From: a virus
Direction: 5' to 3' (one strand)
DNA length: 64,000 bases
IMG/VR virus record: IMGVR_UViG_2784746786_000001
Coordinates: 9,339-73,338 of that record
Part shown: positions 8,972 to 17,549 of the stretch, one piece after another
Layout of the letters: each line of letters begins with the position of its first letter
Numbering within the stretch: position 1 is the first letter of the stretch
Made by a program: the position numbers and the translations under genes
Notes under the pieces: generated by a model
What the model saw: the letters and a program-made list of their open reading frames with translations, nothing else
Told to the model about the DNA's origin: nothing
Database searches by the model: none

Positions 8972-10304
8972 TTACCAGAAATATGCAATACGATACATCG
9001 AGGAGCATGAGGTCACAGCGCTTCTTCTGGACATGGGCCTCGGCAAGACGATTATCACGCTGACAGCCATTAATGACCTCATCAATGACAGCTTTGAAGT
9101 CAGGAAAGTGCTTATTATTGCACCACTTAGAGTGGCTAGAGACACGTGGCCTGCAGAAATCAAGAAATGGGAGCACCTTAGGCACCTGACTGCAGCCGTT
9201 GTTGTCGGCAGCTTGGCAGAGCGCAAAGCTGCGCTGTCCAAGAAGGCAGACCTATACATCATCAACCGGGAGAACGTCCAGTGGCTCATTGAGAAAAGCG
9301 GCTGTCGTTTTGACTTCGATATGGTGGTCATTGATGAGCTTTCGTCCTTCAAGAATCATCAGGCTAAGCGATTCAAGTCCTTGATGAAAAAGCGTCCTGG
9401 AATAAAGCGCATCGTTGGACTTACTGGCACACCAAGCTCCAATGGCTTGATGGATTTGTGGGCTGAGTTTCGCCTGTTGGATATGGGAGAGCGCCTGGGA
9501 AGATTCATCAGCCAGTATCGGAGCAACTACTTCAGGCCAGATAAGATGAACGGACAGGTCGTGTTTTCCTACAAGCTGCTGCCGGGAGCAGAGAAGCAGC
9601 TTTATGAGCGGATAGCAGACATCACCATCTCCATGAAATGCACGGATCATCTGGTGATGCCGGAGCTCATCAGCACAGAATGCCAAGTACAGCTCTCGGA
9701 TACAGAGCGCAAGCGATACGACGAGTTGAAGAAAGACCTCGTGCTGCAGCTACCGGATGGAGAGATTACCGCTGCCAATGCCGCAGCACTTACAGGAAAG
9801 CTGGTACAGATGGCCAACGGAGCAGTTTACAGCGATGATGGTAGCACGATGGAAATTCATGACCGCAAGCTTGATGCCTTGGAGGACTTGATTGAAGCCG
9901 CCAACGGCAAGCCTGTTCTTGTAGCGTATTGGTTCAAGCATGACCTAGAGCGCATCAAAGCAAGGTTCGATGTGCGAGAGATAAAAAGCACCGCTGACAT
10001 AGCCGACTGGAATGCGGAGAAGATTCCGGTGGCATTGATCCATCCGGCATCCGCTGGACATGGACTCAACCTGCAGGCTGGCGGCAGTACGCTTATCTGG
10101 TTTGGACTTACTTGGTCACTGGAGCTTTATCAGCAGACGAATGCCAGACTGTGGCGGCAGGGACAGACAGCAGAGACCGTGGTCATACAGCACATCGTGG
10201 CTAAGGATACCGTTGATGAACATATCATGAAAGCCCTGGCTAAGAAGAATACAACACAACGTGCTTTGATGGATGCCGTCGAAGCAGAATTGGAGGATAT
10301 ATGA
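8952..10304 (+). CDS. SNF2-family DEAD/DEAH-like helicase
   Basis: DMGLGKT, DELS, LTGTP, GHGLNLQ and QTNARLWRQGQ motifs. Confidence 0.92.
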   Translation: MIFKPHDYQKYAIRYIEEHEVTALLLDMGLGKTIITLTAINDLINDSFEVRKVLIIAPLRVARDTWPAEIKKWEHLRHLTAAVVVGSLAERKAALSKKADLYIINRENVQWLIEKSGCRFDFDMVVIDELSSFKNHQAKRFKSLMKKRPGIKRIVGLTGTPSSNGLMDLWAEFRLLDMGERLGRFISQYRSNYFRPDKMNGQVVFSYKLLPGAEKQLYERIADITISMKCTDHLVMPELISTECQVQLSDTERKRYDELKKDLVLQLPDGEITAANAAALTGKLVQMANGAVYSDDGSTMEIHDRKLDALEDLIEAANGKPVLVAYWFKHDLERIKARFDVREIKSTADIADWNAEKIPVALIHPASAGHGLNLQAGGSTLIWFGLTWSLELYQQTNARLWRQGQTAETVVIQHIVAKDTVDEHIMKALAKKNTTQRALMDAVEAELEDI

Positions 10305-10492
10305 ATGAGTATGAACAGCTTGCCAATGCCATCGTCTTGCAGGCGGTGAAGGACTACCGACAGGCAAGGAAAAAGAAAGATTCAGCAGAGCTGATTCCGC
10401 TGGTAACATTCTTTCGGTCGAAGTGGTTTGCCGTGCTGACCAATGTGGATGGTCGGCTCTTGGAGCAGAGACTCAAGGAGGAATGTCGATGA
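10301..10492 (+). CDS. Conserved small phage protein
   Basis: YEQLANAIVLQAVKDYR motif; GGAGG RBS; coupled to both neighbours. Confidence 0.7.
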   Translation: MNEYEQLANAIVLQAVKDYRQARKKKDSAELIPLVTFFRSKWFAVLTNVDGRLLEQRLKEECR

Positions 10493-10929
10493 ACGCTAAG
10501 GAATATCTGAGCCAAGCATACCTTGTGGATCATCGCATTGATAGTAAGCTAGAGCAGCTGTCGGAACTCAAAGACCTGTCTGAGAAGGCTACCGCTACCA
10601 TTTCTGATATGCCAGGAAGTGCCACCAGAAATGTGCATCGGTTAGAAGATGTCATAGCTAATATGATTGACCTCCAGAATGAAATCAACGATGACATAGA
10701 TGGTTTGGTGAATCTGAAGCGAGAAATCATGCAGCAGATAAAGACCGTGCCTAGCCCGGAGTACCAGCTGATTCTGGAACGCAGGTACATGTCCTATAAA
10801 CCATGGGAGCAGATAGCTGTGGAGATTGGTTACAGCCTGCATTACCTGTACAAGATGCACAGTGCAGCGCTCCAATCCTTCGATGAGGTCAGGAAAAAAA
10901 CGCAGATTTTGAAATTGGATACTAAATGA
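10489..10929 (+). CDS. DUF1492/ArpU/RinA-like late transcription activator
   Basis: MNAKEYLSQAY; C-terminal sigma-4-like HTH (LERRY..KPWEQIAVEIGYS); located just before HNH/TerS. Confidence 0.75.
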   Translation: MNAKEYLSQAYLVDHRIDSKLEQLSELKDLSEKATATISDMPGSATRNVHRLEDVIANMIDLQNEINDDIDGLVNLKREIMQQIKTVPSPEYQLILERRYMSYKPWEQIAVEIGYSLHYLYKMHSAALQSFDEVRKKTQILKLDTK

Positions 10930-11046
10930 TAGAGATTGATACCTGCCAAGTATGATATAGTTAGAGTAGCAAAAATATAAAACATCGAGCCTTCATAGGA
11001 GCAATCCTTTGAGGGCTTTTCTTATGCCCGGAAAGAGGTGGTCAGC

Positions 11047-11439
11047 GTGCCGAAGAGACCAAAGAAACCCTGTGCGTATCCTGGCTGCCCAAGACTGACG
11101 GATGAACGCTACTGCGAGGAACATAAAAAGCTCGCTGTCAAACAATACGATAAGTACGGTCGTAGCCCTGAAGTCAAGAAAAGATATGGCTGGCAGTGGC
11201 AGAAGGTCAGGCGTGCATTCCTCGCCAAGCATCCGCTCTGCGAGATGTGCGAGAAGGAGCATCGGCTGACGAAAGCTACCGAGGTTCATCACATCCTGCC
11301 GCTGTCTGCTGGCGGGACAAGTGACGAGGACAACCTCATGCCGCTGTGCAAAGTCTGCCATTCCAGGATCACAGCAAAGACTGGCGGCAGATGGTCAAGG
11401 GGAGGGGGAGGTAAAATCTCCCAAAGCCCGCGAAGCTAG
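11047..11439 (+). CDS. Terminase-associated HNH endonuclease
   Basis: CAYPGC..YCEEH, HPLCEMC, VHHILP..GG...NLMPLCKVCH. Confidence 0.9.
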   Translation: MPKRPKKPCAYPGCPRLTDERYCEEHKKLAVKQYDKYGRSPEVKKRYGWQWQKVRRAFLAKHPLCEMCEKEHRLTKATEVHHILPLSAGGTSDEDNLMPLCKVCHSRITAKTGGRWSRGGGGKISQSPRS

Positions 11440-11480
11440 ACCGGACATAGGGTCACGCGCACAAAAATTGGGAATCAAAC
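11395..11480. other. Probable cos packaging region
   Basis: G-rich tract and GGTCACGCGCACAAAAA between HNH and terS, the usual position in HK97-like cos phages. Cut site not determined. Confidence 0.4.
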
Positions 11481-11509
11481 GGGGGATTAACCCCATTGGA
11501 GGTGATGGC

Positions 11510-12073
11510 ATGGCGAAAGACGGTACGAATCGCGGCGGCAGGCGCGCACGGTCTGGCGTGAAATCTGGTGCGCTGGCAGACAAGATAGCTGCCGGGAAGG
11601 CAGCAACCGTGCTTGACCTTCCCGTTGTCGAACTGCAGGGTACAGACCTTGGAGAAGCCGCTGACCTGCAAGGGGAGGATATGCCGAATCCCAGTGACTA
11701 TCTGTCAGCCAGGCAGCGTGATGGCAGCCCGCTCGGCGCAGATGAAATCTTCAGGGAAATATGGCAGTGGCTGAAAGAGCGCGGCTGTGAGAGACTGGTA
11801 AATCCACGTCTGTTGGAAAGCTATGCGCAGGCCTTTGCTCGTTTTATCCAGTGTGAAGATGCCATCAGCACCTATGGCCTGCTGGGGAAGCATCCGACAA
11901 CCGGCGGTGTGATCACCAGCCCGTTTGTGCAGATGAGCCAAAGTTTTCAAAAGCAGGCGAATATGCTGTGGTATGAGATTTTTGATATCGTCAAGCAGAA
12001 CTGCACGGCATCATTTACGGACAATCCGCAGGATGACATGATGGAACGGCTGCTTCGTGGGCGCAGAAAATAA
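11510..12073 (+). CDS. terS: Terminase small subunit (P27 family)
   Basis: MAKDGTNRGGRR; LESYAQAFARFIQCE; GFLGKHPTT-like LLGKHPTTG. Confidence 0.85.
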   Translation: MAKDGTNRGGRRARSGVKSGALADKIAAGKAATVLDLPVVELQGTDLGEAADLQGEDMPNPSDYLSARQRDGSPLGADEIFREIWQWLKERGCERLVNPRLLESYAQAFARFIQCEDAISTYGLLGKHPTTGGVITSPFVQMSQSFQKQANMLWYEIFDIVKQNCTASFTDNPQDDMMERLLRGRRK

Positions 12074-12126
12074 GCAAATGAATCTGCAGCAGGTGTGTTT
12101 CCTGTGATGATTAGGAGGTGTAAATA

Positions 12127-13386
12127 TTGGGAAAAACTACGACACAAATGAAAATGGTGTCCATCAATAAATTAGTGCCCTATGTGAATAATGCACGGAC
12201 ACATTCCAAAGAACAGATTGCCAAGCTCCGTGGGAGCCTTCGGGAATTCGGGTTCATCAATCCAGTCATTATCGATAAGGATTACGGTATCATTGCTGGA
12301 CACGGAAGAGTATTGGCTGCCAAAGAAGAAAACATGGATCAGGTTCCCTGCGTATTGGTAGATTATCTTACGGCAGCACAGAAAAAGGCATACATCCTGG
12401 CAGATAATCGTTTTGCCATGGATGCAGGCTGGGATGAGGAAATGCTGCGGGTCGAGATTGAGTCCCTGCAGGGAGAGGACTTCGATATATCTCTCACAGG
12501 CTTTGACGAAAAAGAATTGGCAGACTTGTTTGGGGCAGGCAGTGATGCGAAAGAAGATGATTTCGATGTGGATGCGGAATTGCAGAATCCTTGCTTTTCC
12601 CGGGATGGAGATATCTGGCATTTGGGAAAGCATAAGGTTATCTGTGGGGATTCCACCTTGCCGGAAACTTATCAGCGGCTGTTAGGCGATACAAAGGCAA
12701 ATCTGGTTTGCACGGATCCACCGTATCTGGTGAATCTTGAGAGTGCATCCGGGAAAATAAAAAATGATGATCTCAGTGATGAGGAAGGATACAAATTCCT
12801 TCATAAGGCATTCTCGTCTATGCATGACAGCATGGCGAAGGATGCCTCTATTTATGTGTTCTATGCGACATCCAAGGCCCGCGTTTTCCATGATGCCTAT
12901 GAGGACGCGGGCTTCAAGGTCGGTGCCGGACTTGTCTGGAAGAAGAATCGGCTGGTGCTGACCCGTACCGATTGGAAGTATATCCATGAGCCTATCATCT
13001 GGGGATGGCGCAAAGACGGACGGCATCGCTGGTATGGCAATCAGAAGCAGACCACGGTGTTCGAGTTTGACCGCATCAAGAATTCCAAGGAAGATGGCTG
13101 CGGGCATCCGTCCAGCAAGCCAGTGCCGCTCCTGGCATATCTTATCCAGCAATGTACACAGACCAATGGGCTGGTGCTGGACGGATTCCTTGGTTCAGCA
13201 TCCACGCTGATTGCTTGCGAGCAGCTGGAGCGAATCTGTTATGGCATCGAATTGGAACCTAAATTCGTCGACGTAGCAGTCAAGCGTTATATTGAACTGA
13301 AAGAAGGGGTGGATGATGATGTATTTGTAGAGCGCGATGGCAGGAAGATTGCTTATAACGATTTGCCAAAACCGAAGGAGGAATGA
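12127..13386 (+). CDS. ParB-like N-terminal domain plus N6/N4 DNA methyltransferase
   Basis: PYVNNARTH..FGFINPVII..IIAGHGR, TDPPY, HPSSKP and DGFLGSASTL motifs; TTG start. Confidence 0.88.
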   Translation: MGKTTTQMKMVSINKLVPYVNNARTHSKEQIAKLRGSLREFGFINPVIIDKDYGIIAGHGRVLAAKEENMDQVPCVLVDYLTAAQKKAYILADNRFAMDAGWDEEMLRVEIESLQGEDFDISLTGFDEKELADLFGAGSDAKEDDFDVDAELQNPCFSRDGDIWHLGKHKVICGDSTLPETYQRLLGDTKANLVCTDPPYLVNLESASGKIKNDDLSDEEGYKFLHKAFSSMHDSMAKDASIYVFYATSKARVFHDAYEDAGFKVGAGLVWKKNRLVLTRTDWKYIHEPIIWGWRKDGRHRWYGNQKQTTVFEFDRIKNSKEDGCGHPSSKPVPLLAYLIQQCTQTNGLVLDGFLGSASTLIACEQLERICYGIELEPKFVDVAVKRYIELKEGVDDDVFVERDGRKIAYNDLPKPKEE

Positions 13387-13389
13387 ACA

Positions 13390-13938
13390 ATGCGTGTATT
13401 TTTGAACCCGGGGCATGATCGGGAACGCGACAGCGGGGCTGTCAATCCTGTCAGCGGACTTCGGGAGTGTGATGTCGCGGCTGGCATTGGTGAACTGGTG
13501 AAAGGGTATCTGGAAACAGCTGGCTGTGAGGTGCAGCTGCTCCAAAGCGACAATCTTGCGGGAGAAACACCGGAACTGCCCTGCGTGGTGGATACAGCGA
13601 ATGGCTGGCCGGCCGATGTTTTTGTTTCGCTTCACTGCAATGCCGCTAGTGGCAGCGCGCAAGGGACAGAAACGCTGATCTATGCGGATGGCGGTGAATC
13701 AGCGCAGCTTGCGGACTGCATCCAGTCGCAGATTATTGCCAGCCTTGGCACTATCGACCGTGGTCTCAAGGAACGTCCGGATCTGATTGTCCTGAACAGC
13801 ACGGACATGCCAGCGGTCTTGGTGGAAATGGCGTTTGTGGATAATGAGGAAGATGCGCAGCTCCTGACAGACAGGGCTGACGAATTTGCCCGGGCAATCG
13901 CTCGCGGCATCACAGATTTTGAAGGGGGAAATGAATGA
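13390..13938 (+). CDS. N-acetylmuramoyl-L-alanine amidase (Amidase_3), copy 1
   Basis: NPGH, ECD, SLHCN and LVEMAF zinc/catalytic motifs. Confidence 0.88.
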   Translation: MRVFLNPGHDRERDSGAVNPVSGLRECDVAAGIGELVKGYLETAGCEVQLLQSDNLAGETPELPCVVDTANGWPADVFVSLHCNAASGSAQGTETLIYADGGESAQLADCIQSQIIASLGTIDRGLKERPDLIVLNSTDMPAVLVEMAFVDNEEDAQLLTDRADEFARAIARGITDFEGGNE

Positions 13939-14228
13939 TGGATATTGAGAACATCAAGAACGAACTGAAGGAACATGTACTGGATTCGGTAAAGGACGAA
14001 GCCAAGGCGGCAACGATGTCCTGGCTGAAGGACAAGATCCTGCCAGCGGCAAAAGAGATTGCTGAAACTTACACAGCGGCTTTGAAAGAATCTGCTGCCA
14101 GTGAGACGGGGTGGAATAAGTTCCGTGATACCGTATTCCTGCCGACCTTGGTCGATGGGGCGTTCTGGCTCTTTGATAAGGTGCTGGAAAAGATGGTGGC
14201 TGTCCCTGCGGTAAAAGAAAGTGCTTAA
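13935..14228 (+). CDS. Hypothetical protein coupled to amidase 1
   Basis: 97 aa, overlaps the amidase stop codon; amphipathic C-terminal segment. Confidence 0.7.
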   Translation: MMDIENIKNELKEHVLDSVKDEAKAATMSWLKDKILPAAKEIAETYTAALKESAASETGWNKFRDTVFLPTLVDGAFWLFDKVLEKMVAVPAVKESA

Positions 14229-14293
14229 GCTGGGCAGCCTGTTTTCCGGCATTGCGTACTTTGCGGAAAAGAATCATGGAGAATCCACATAAA

Positions 14294-14345
14294 TCCCTTG
14301 CTATATCTGCTGGTTAGAGTGATATATGTACATGGGAAAAGAAAA
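14294..14345 (+). promoter_or_regulatory. Moron promoter-like repeat, copy 1
   Basis: CTTGCTATAT...AGAGTGATATAT, shared with 15488 and 17154. Confidence 0.6.
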
Positions 14346-14364
14346 AACGAAAGGGGACTTTACC

Positions 14365-15069
14365 ATGAAAATCATATATCATGCACAAGCAGGGAATCGC
14401 AAGGCACTGGCTGATGCCATCAGCCGTATTACCGGGGCGAGAAAGGTGTACAAGGGAATTCCAAGCTACGCTTACGAAATCGATTCTTTCACCATCGACC
14501 GTGAGGGTAACCTCAACTTCGATGACCGGACAGACAGCGAGGAAGTTGAGAATCTTATTGAGAAACTTGCTGGCATGGGCTTTTCTGCCGAGCCAACAGA
14601 GAATCAAGCTGAGGCACCGCGGGCATCTGTAGAAACACAGCAGCCTCAAATGATGGGCATCACGATTTCCCTGCCGCAGGAAGGTTTTACGGACACCGCA
14701 CTGGAGAACCTGCAAAAATTAGTAGCTTCTAAAGCCAGCCTGATTCAGAAAGCTTTTGGCAGAACCAGCCTGCCTATCGAAGTCAAAGAAACGCAGATTG
14801 ATTTTCCCTGGCTGGATGGCACGGAAGATGCGGATGTGCTGCAGGCGCGTACTGCTTTCATCGCGGCGCTTTGCCGGACTGCGAAAAACCAGAAGCGGGT
14901 CACGGCTAAGGAAAAGCTGGTGGAAAACGAGAAATATGCCTTTCGGTGTTTCCTCCTGCGTCTGGGCTTCATTGGCAGGGAATATGCGAAAGAAAGGAAA
15001 ATCCTGCTGGGAAACCTCAGCGGGTCAGCGGCATTCAAGGGAGGGGCGAAACATGAAGTTTCCCAATAA
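14365..15069 (+). CDS. Conserved prophage moron protein (so-called virulence-related protein)
   Basis: KGIPSYAYEI N-terminus; ENEKYAFRCFLLRLGFIG C-terminus. Confidence 0.75.
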   Translation: MKIIYHAQAGNRKALADAISRITGARKVYKGIPSYAYEIDSFTIDREGNLNFDDRTDSEEVENLIEKLAGMGFSAEPTENQAEAPRASVETQQPQMMGITISLPQEGFTDTALENLQKLVASKASLIQKAFGRTSLPIEVKETQIDFPWLDGTEDADVLQARTAFIAALCRTAKNQKRVTAKEKLVENEKYAFRCFLLRLGFIGREYAKERKILLGNLSGSAAFKGGAKHEVSQ

Positions 15070-15286
15070 AGAGCGGGTTGAACTGCTCCGGCGGCAATAT
15101 ACAGCCGGGACACGGGTGGAACTTTTGCGGATGGAAGATATGCAGGCACCGCCAGCAGGGACGAAGGGAACCGTATATGGAGTCGATGATACCGGCTCCA
15201 TTCTGGTTCATTGGGATAATGGGTCCGGACTCAATGTCATTTATGGGGTTGACCGCTGCCAGATATGCCGGAATGAGGGGAAATGA
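15053..15286 (+). CDS. DUF4314 domain protein
   Basis: GTRVELLRMED..APPAGTKGTV..VDDTGSILVHWDNGSGL. Confidence 0.75.
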   Translation: MKFPNKERVELLRRQYTAGTRVELLRMEDMQAPPAGTKGTVYGVDDTGSILVHWDNGSGLNVIYGVDRCQICRNEGK

Positions 15287-15288
15287 GC

Positions 15289-15462
15289 ATGGACGAGAAA
15301 ATAAAAGAACAGATTCTGGCAATCCGGGAAACTGCATTGACGAATATGTTCGATATCCAGCAGGTGAAATGCCTGGCCTGCGAGAGTGACTATGATGAAC
15401 TGGCTGTTTTCATTGAAAGAGAGCCTGCCCAATATCTGCATTTCATCCTCACGGGAGAGTAA
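15289..15462 (+). CDS. DUF5049 domain protein
   Basis: Manual ORF MDEKIKEQILAIRETALTNMFD...YLHFILTGE. Confidence 0.7.
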   Translation: MDEKIKEQILAIRETALTNMFDIQQVKCLACESDYDELAVFIEREPAQYLHFILTGE

Positions 15463-15487
15463 AAAAGTTTGTGTATACTTGTCCGGA

Positions 15488-15562
15488 ATCGCTTGCTATA
15501 TGTGCCTTTCAGAGTGATATATAGACATACCGAAAGGGAAAACACAGCAAGCGAAAGCGAGG
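15488..15562 (+). repeat. Moron promoter/leader repeat, copy 2 (about 75 nt)
   Basis: ATCGCTTGCTATAT..TTCAGAGTGATATATAGACATACCGAAAGGGAAAA, nearly identical to 17154-17230. Confidence 0.75.
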
Positions 15563-15571
15563 ATGAGGAAC

Positions 15572-16471
15572 ATGAAAACACAGACATTCGGTATTGAGAT
15601 GGAACTCACGGGGATTACGCGCACGGAGGCAGTGAAAACCATTGCCGCTTATTTCGGCACCCACTGCACTTACATCGGCGGGGCTTATTACGCTCATGAA
15701 GCCACGGATCGCCAAGGCCGGAGATGGCAGGCCATGCGGGATTCCAGTATCCGGGCGCAGAAAAAATCCTTTGATGGGCAGAAAGTCAGCGCCGGAGATG
15801 ATTACAAAACTGAGGTGGTCAGCCCAATCCTTCATTACGAGGATATTGAAGATGTGCAGGAACTGGTGCGGCAGCTCAGAAAGAAAGGGGCTTTTGCCAA
15901 CAGTTCCTGCGGCATTCATATCCATATCGGCGCGGAACGCTTCACGCCGCAGACCTTGCGGAACATCGTGAACATTATCGCCAGCAAAGAGGACATCCTT
16001 TACCGAGCCTTGAAAGTTGACGGCAATCGGCTGGGTTACTGCAAAAAGACGAATGCGGATCTTCTGCGAATCATCAACCAGCAGAAACCGAGAACCATGG
16101 CGAAACTGGCCGACATCTGGTATCGCGAGGATCCCTGCGGACGCAATCAGCATTACAACAGCACCCGCTATCATGGGCTGAACCTGCATGCGACTTTCAC
16201 CAAGGGGACAGTCGAGTTTCGGCTTTTCAACGGCACAACCCATGCCGGCGAGATAAAAGCCTACATCCAATTTTGCCTGGCAGTTACGCATCAGGCCCTC
16301 AGCCAAAAGAAGGCAACCTGCCGCAAGACGGTGACGGATAACGAAAAGTACGCTTTCCGGTGCTGGATGCTGCGGCTGGGGCTTATCGGAGAAGAATTCA
16401 AGACCTGCCGATTTCATTTCCTTAAATATCTGACCGGAAACAGCGCATGGCGAAGCGGACGGGCTGCTTGA
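15572..16471 (+). CDS. Amidoligase-2 family enzyme
   Basis: FGIEMELTG, EVVSPIL, SCGIHIHIG, RYHGLNL and TVEFRLFNGT motifs. Confidence 0.88.
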   Translation: MKTQTFGIEMELTGITRTEAVKTIAAYFGTHCTYIGGAYYAHEATDRQGRRWQAMRDSSIRAQKKSFDGQKVSAGDDYKTEVVSPILHYEDIEDVQELVRQLRKKGAFANSSCGIHIHIGAERFTPQTLRNIVNIIASKEDILYRALKVDGNRLGYCKKTNADLLRIINQQKPRTMAKLADIWYREDPCGRNQHYNSTRYHGLNLHATFTKGTVEFRLFNGTTHAGEIKAYIQFCLAVTHQALSQKKATCRKTVTDNEKYAFRCWMLRLGLIGEEFKTCRFHFLKYLTGNSAWRSGRAA

Positions 16472-16559
16472 AAGACATAGCCACAGGCACACCAAGAGAG
16501 CGGGACAGCCGCTCTTGCGGTGGTAGAAGGACAAACCTTCGGGAAAGGATGCGATTGCA

Positions 16560-17015
16560 ATGAAGAGAAAAATTTATGTGGCCTATGGGAGCAACATGGA
16601 CTTGGCGCAGATGGCGTACCGCTGCCCACAGGCCAAGCTTTTAGGAAAGGGTTTGATGAAGGATTGGCAGCTGCTTTTCAAAGGCTCACAGACGGGATCG
16701 TACGCGACTATCGAGCAAGCCGGAAATCATGAGGTGCCAGTGCTGCTGTGGGAAATCTCCAGGTCAGATGAGGCAAGGCTGAACGTCTACGAAGGATATC
16801 CAAAGTTCTATTACAAGAAAACTGTGCAGGTCAAGACGGAAAATGGCCTAGTGACTGGCATGGTCTATATCATGCACGAGGAGCGAGAGACAGGCATCCC
16901 TTCGGCAGAATATTATGATGTGCTGGAACAGGCATATAAGGAATTTGGTTTCGACTTGAAAATTTTACAGGAAGCCTGTCGGGTAAGCCATGATAAGAGT
17001 CGGCAGAATATGTAA
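16560..17015 (+). CDS. Gamma-glutamylcyclotransferase family protein
   Basis: YVAYGSNM; LNVYEGYPKFY. Confidence 0.88.
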   Translation: MKRKIYVAYGSNMDLAQMAYRCPQAKLLGKGLMKDWQLLFKGSQTGSYATIEQAGNHEVPVLLWEISRSDEARLNVYEGYPKFYYKKTVQVKTENGLVTGMVYIMHEERETGIPSAEYYDVLEQAYKEFGFDLKILQEACRVSHDKSRQNM

Positions 17016-17121
17016 ATCGGTTCGTTCTGGGTGGTTCACTTTTCAGTAGCGGCTGGCTCAGTTATTCAATAGCGGAGCGGCTCACAATTTCGATAGCGGG
17101 CAGGCCATTTTTTCATTGACA
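17011..17121. mobile_element. 111-bp IS21-like miniature element or relic
   Basis: Ends TGTAAAT...ATTGACA enclose three 23-24-nt GG(C/T)TCA..TAGCGG repeats. No target-site duplication seen. Confidence 0.35.
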
Positions 17122-17153
17122 TTCACAATAAAAATAGCGGGATATCCTCAGAA

Positions 17154-17230
17154 ATCGCTTGCTATATATGTGCTTCAGAGTGATATATAGACATACCGAA
17201 AGGGAAAAGTACATCAAGCGAAACGGAGGA
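17154..17230 (+). repeat. Moron promoter/leader repeat, copy 3
   Basis: Near-identical to 15488-15562. Confidence 0.75.
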
Positions 17231-17237
17231 AAAGACA

Positions 17238-17450
17238 ATGTGGACAGTAGGAAAAATTGATGGATTCGATTTTGAGGTCAAGCATTTTGAAGAGGGTTCA
17301 GGATTTGGAATCGATGAGGGAAGGATTTCCAGGCTTTTCCTTAGCAAGGCGGGCAGGATTTATGTGAGTTATGAGCGCGGCTGGGAGGTGCGTCCGACAG
17401 GGAAACGTGCGAAATGTGCTTATGAGAAACTTCTGAAGAAATTCAACTGA
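17238..17450 (+). CDS. Small conserved moron protein (DUF7678-like)
   Basis: EVKHFEEGSGFGIDEGRISRL...YERGWEVRP; GGAGG RBS. Confidence 0.65.
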   Translation: MWTVGKIDGFDFEVKHFEEGSGFGIDEGRISRLFLSKAGRIYVSYERGWEVRPTGKRAKCAYEKLLKKFN

Positions 17451-17549
17451 GAAAACACAGCAGCAGTCCTTGAAGGGGCTGTTGCTCGTTATAGCGAAAT
17501 TTTGAGGGCTGCTGAAAAACGGCAGTCTTTTTTATTGGGGTGATAACAG

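Noticed and set aside
14365-15069. Virulence function for the moron protein (and for RhuM)
   Set aside because: The names are historical; there is no secretion signal or toxin motif.
15509-16534. 341-aa minus-strand ORF and other long antisense ORFs (e.g. 37552-38346, 22433-23065)
   Set aside because: Shadows of well-supported plus-strand genes, with no RBS or motifs of their own.
17032-17099. Short regularly spaced repeats as a mini-CRISPR
   Set aside because: Units are contiguous, degenerate 23-24-mers with no unique spacers and no cas genes nearby.
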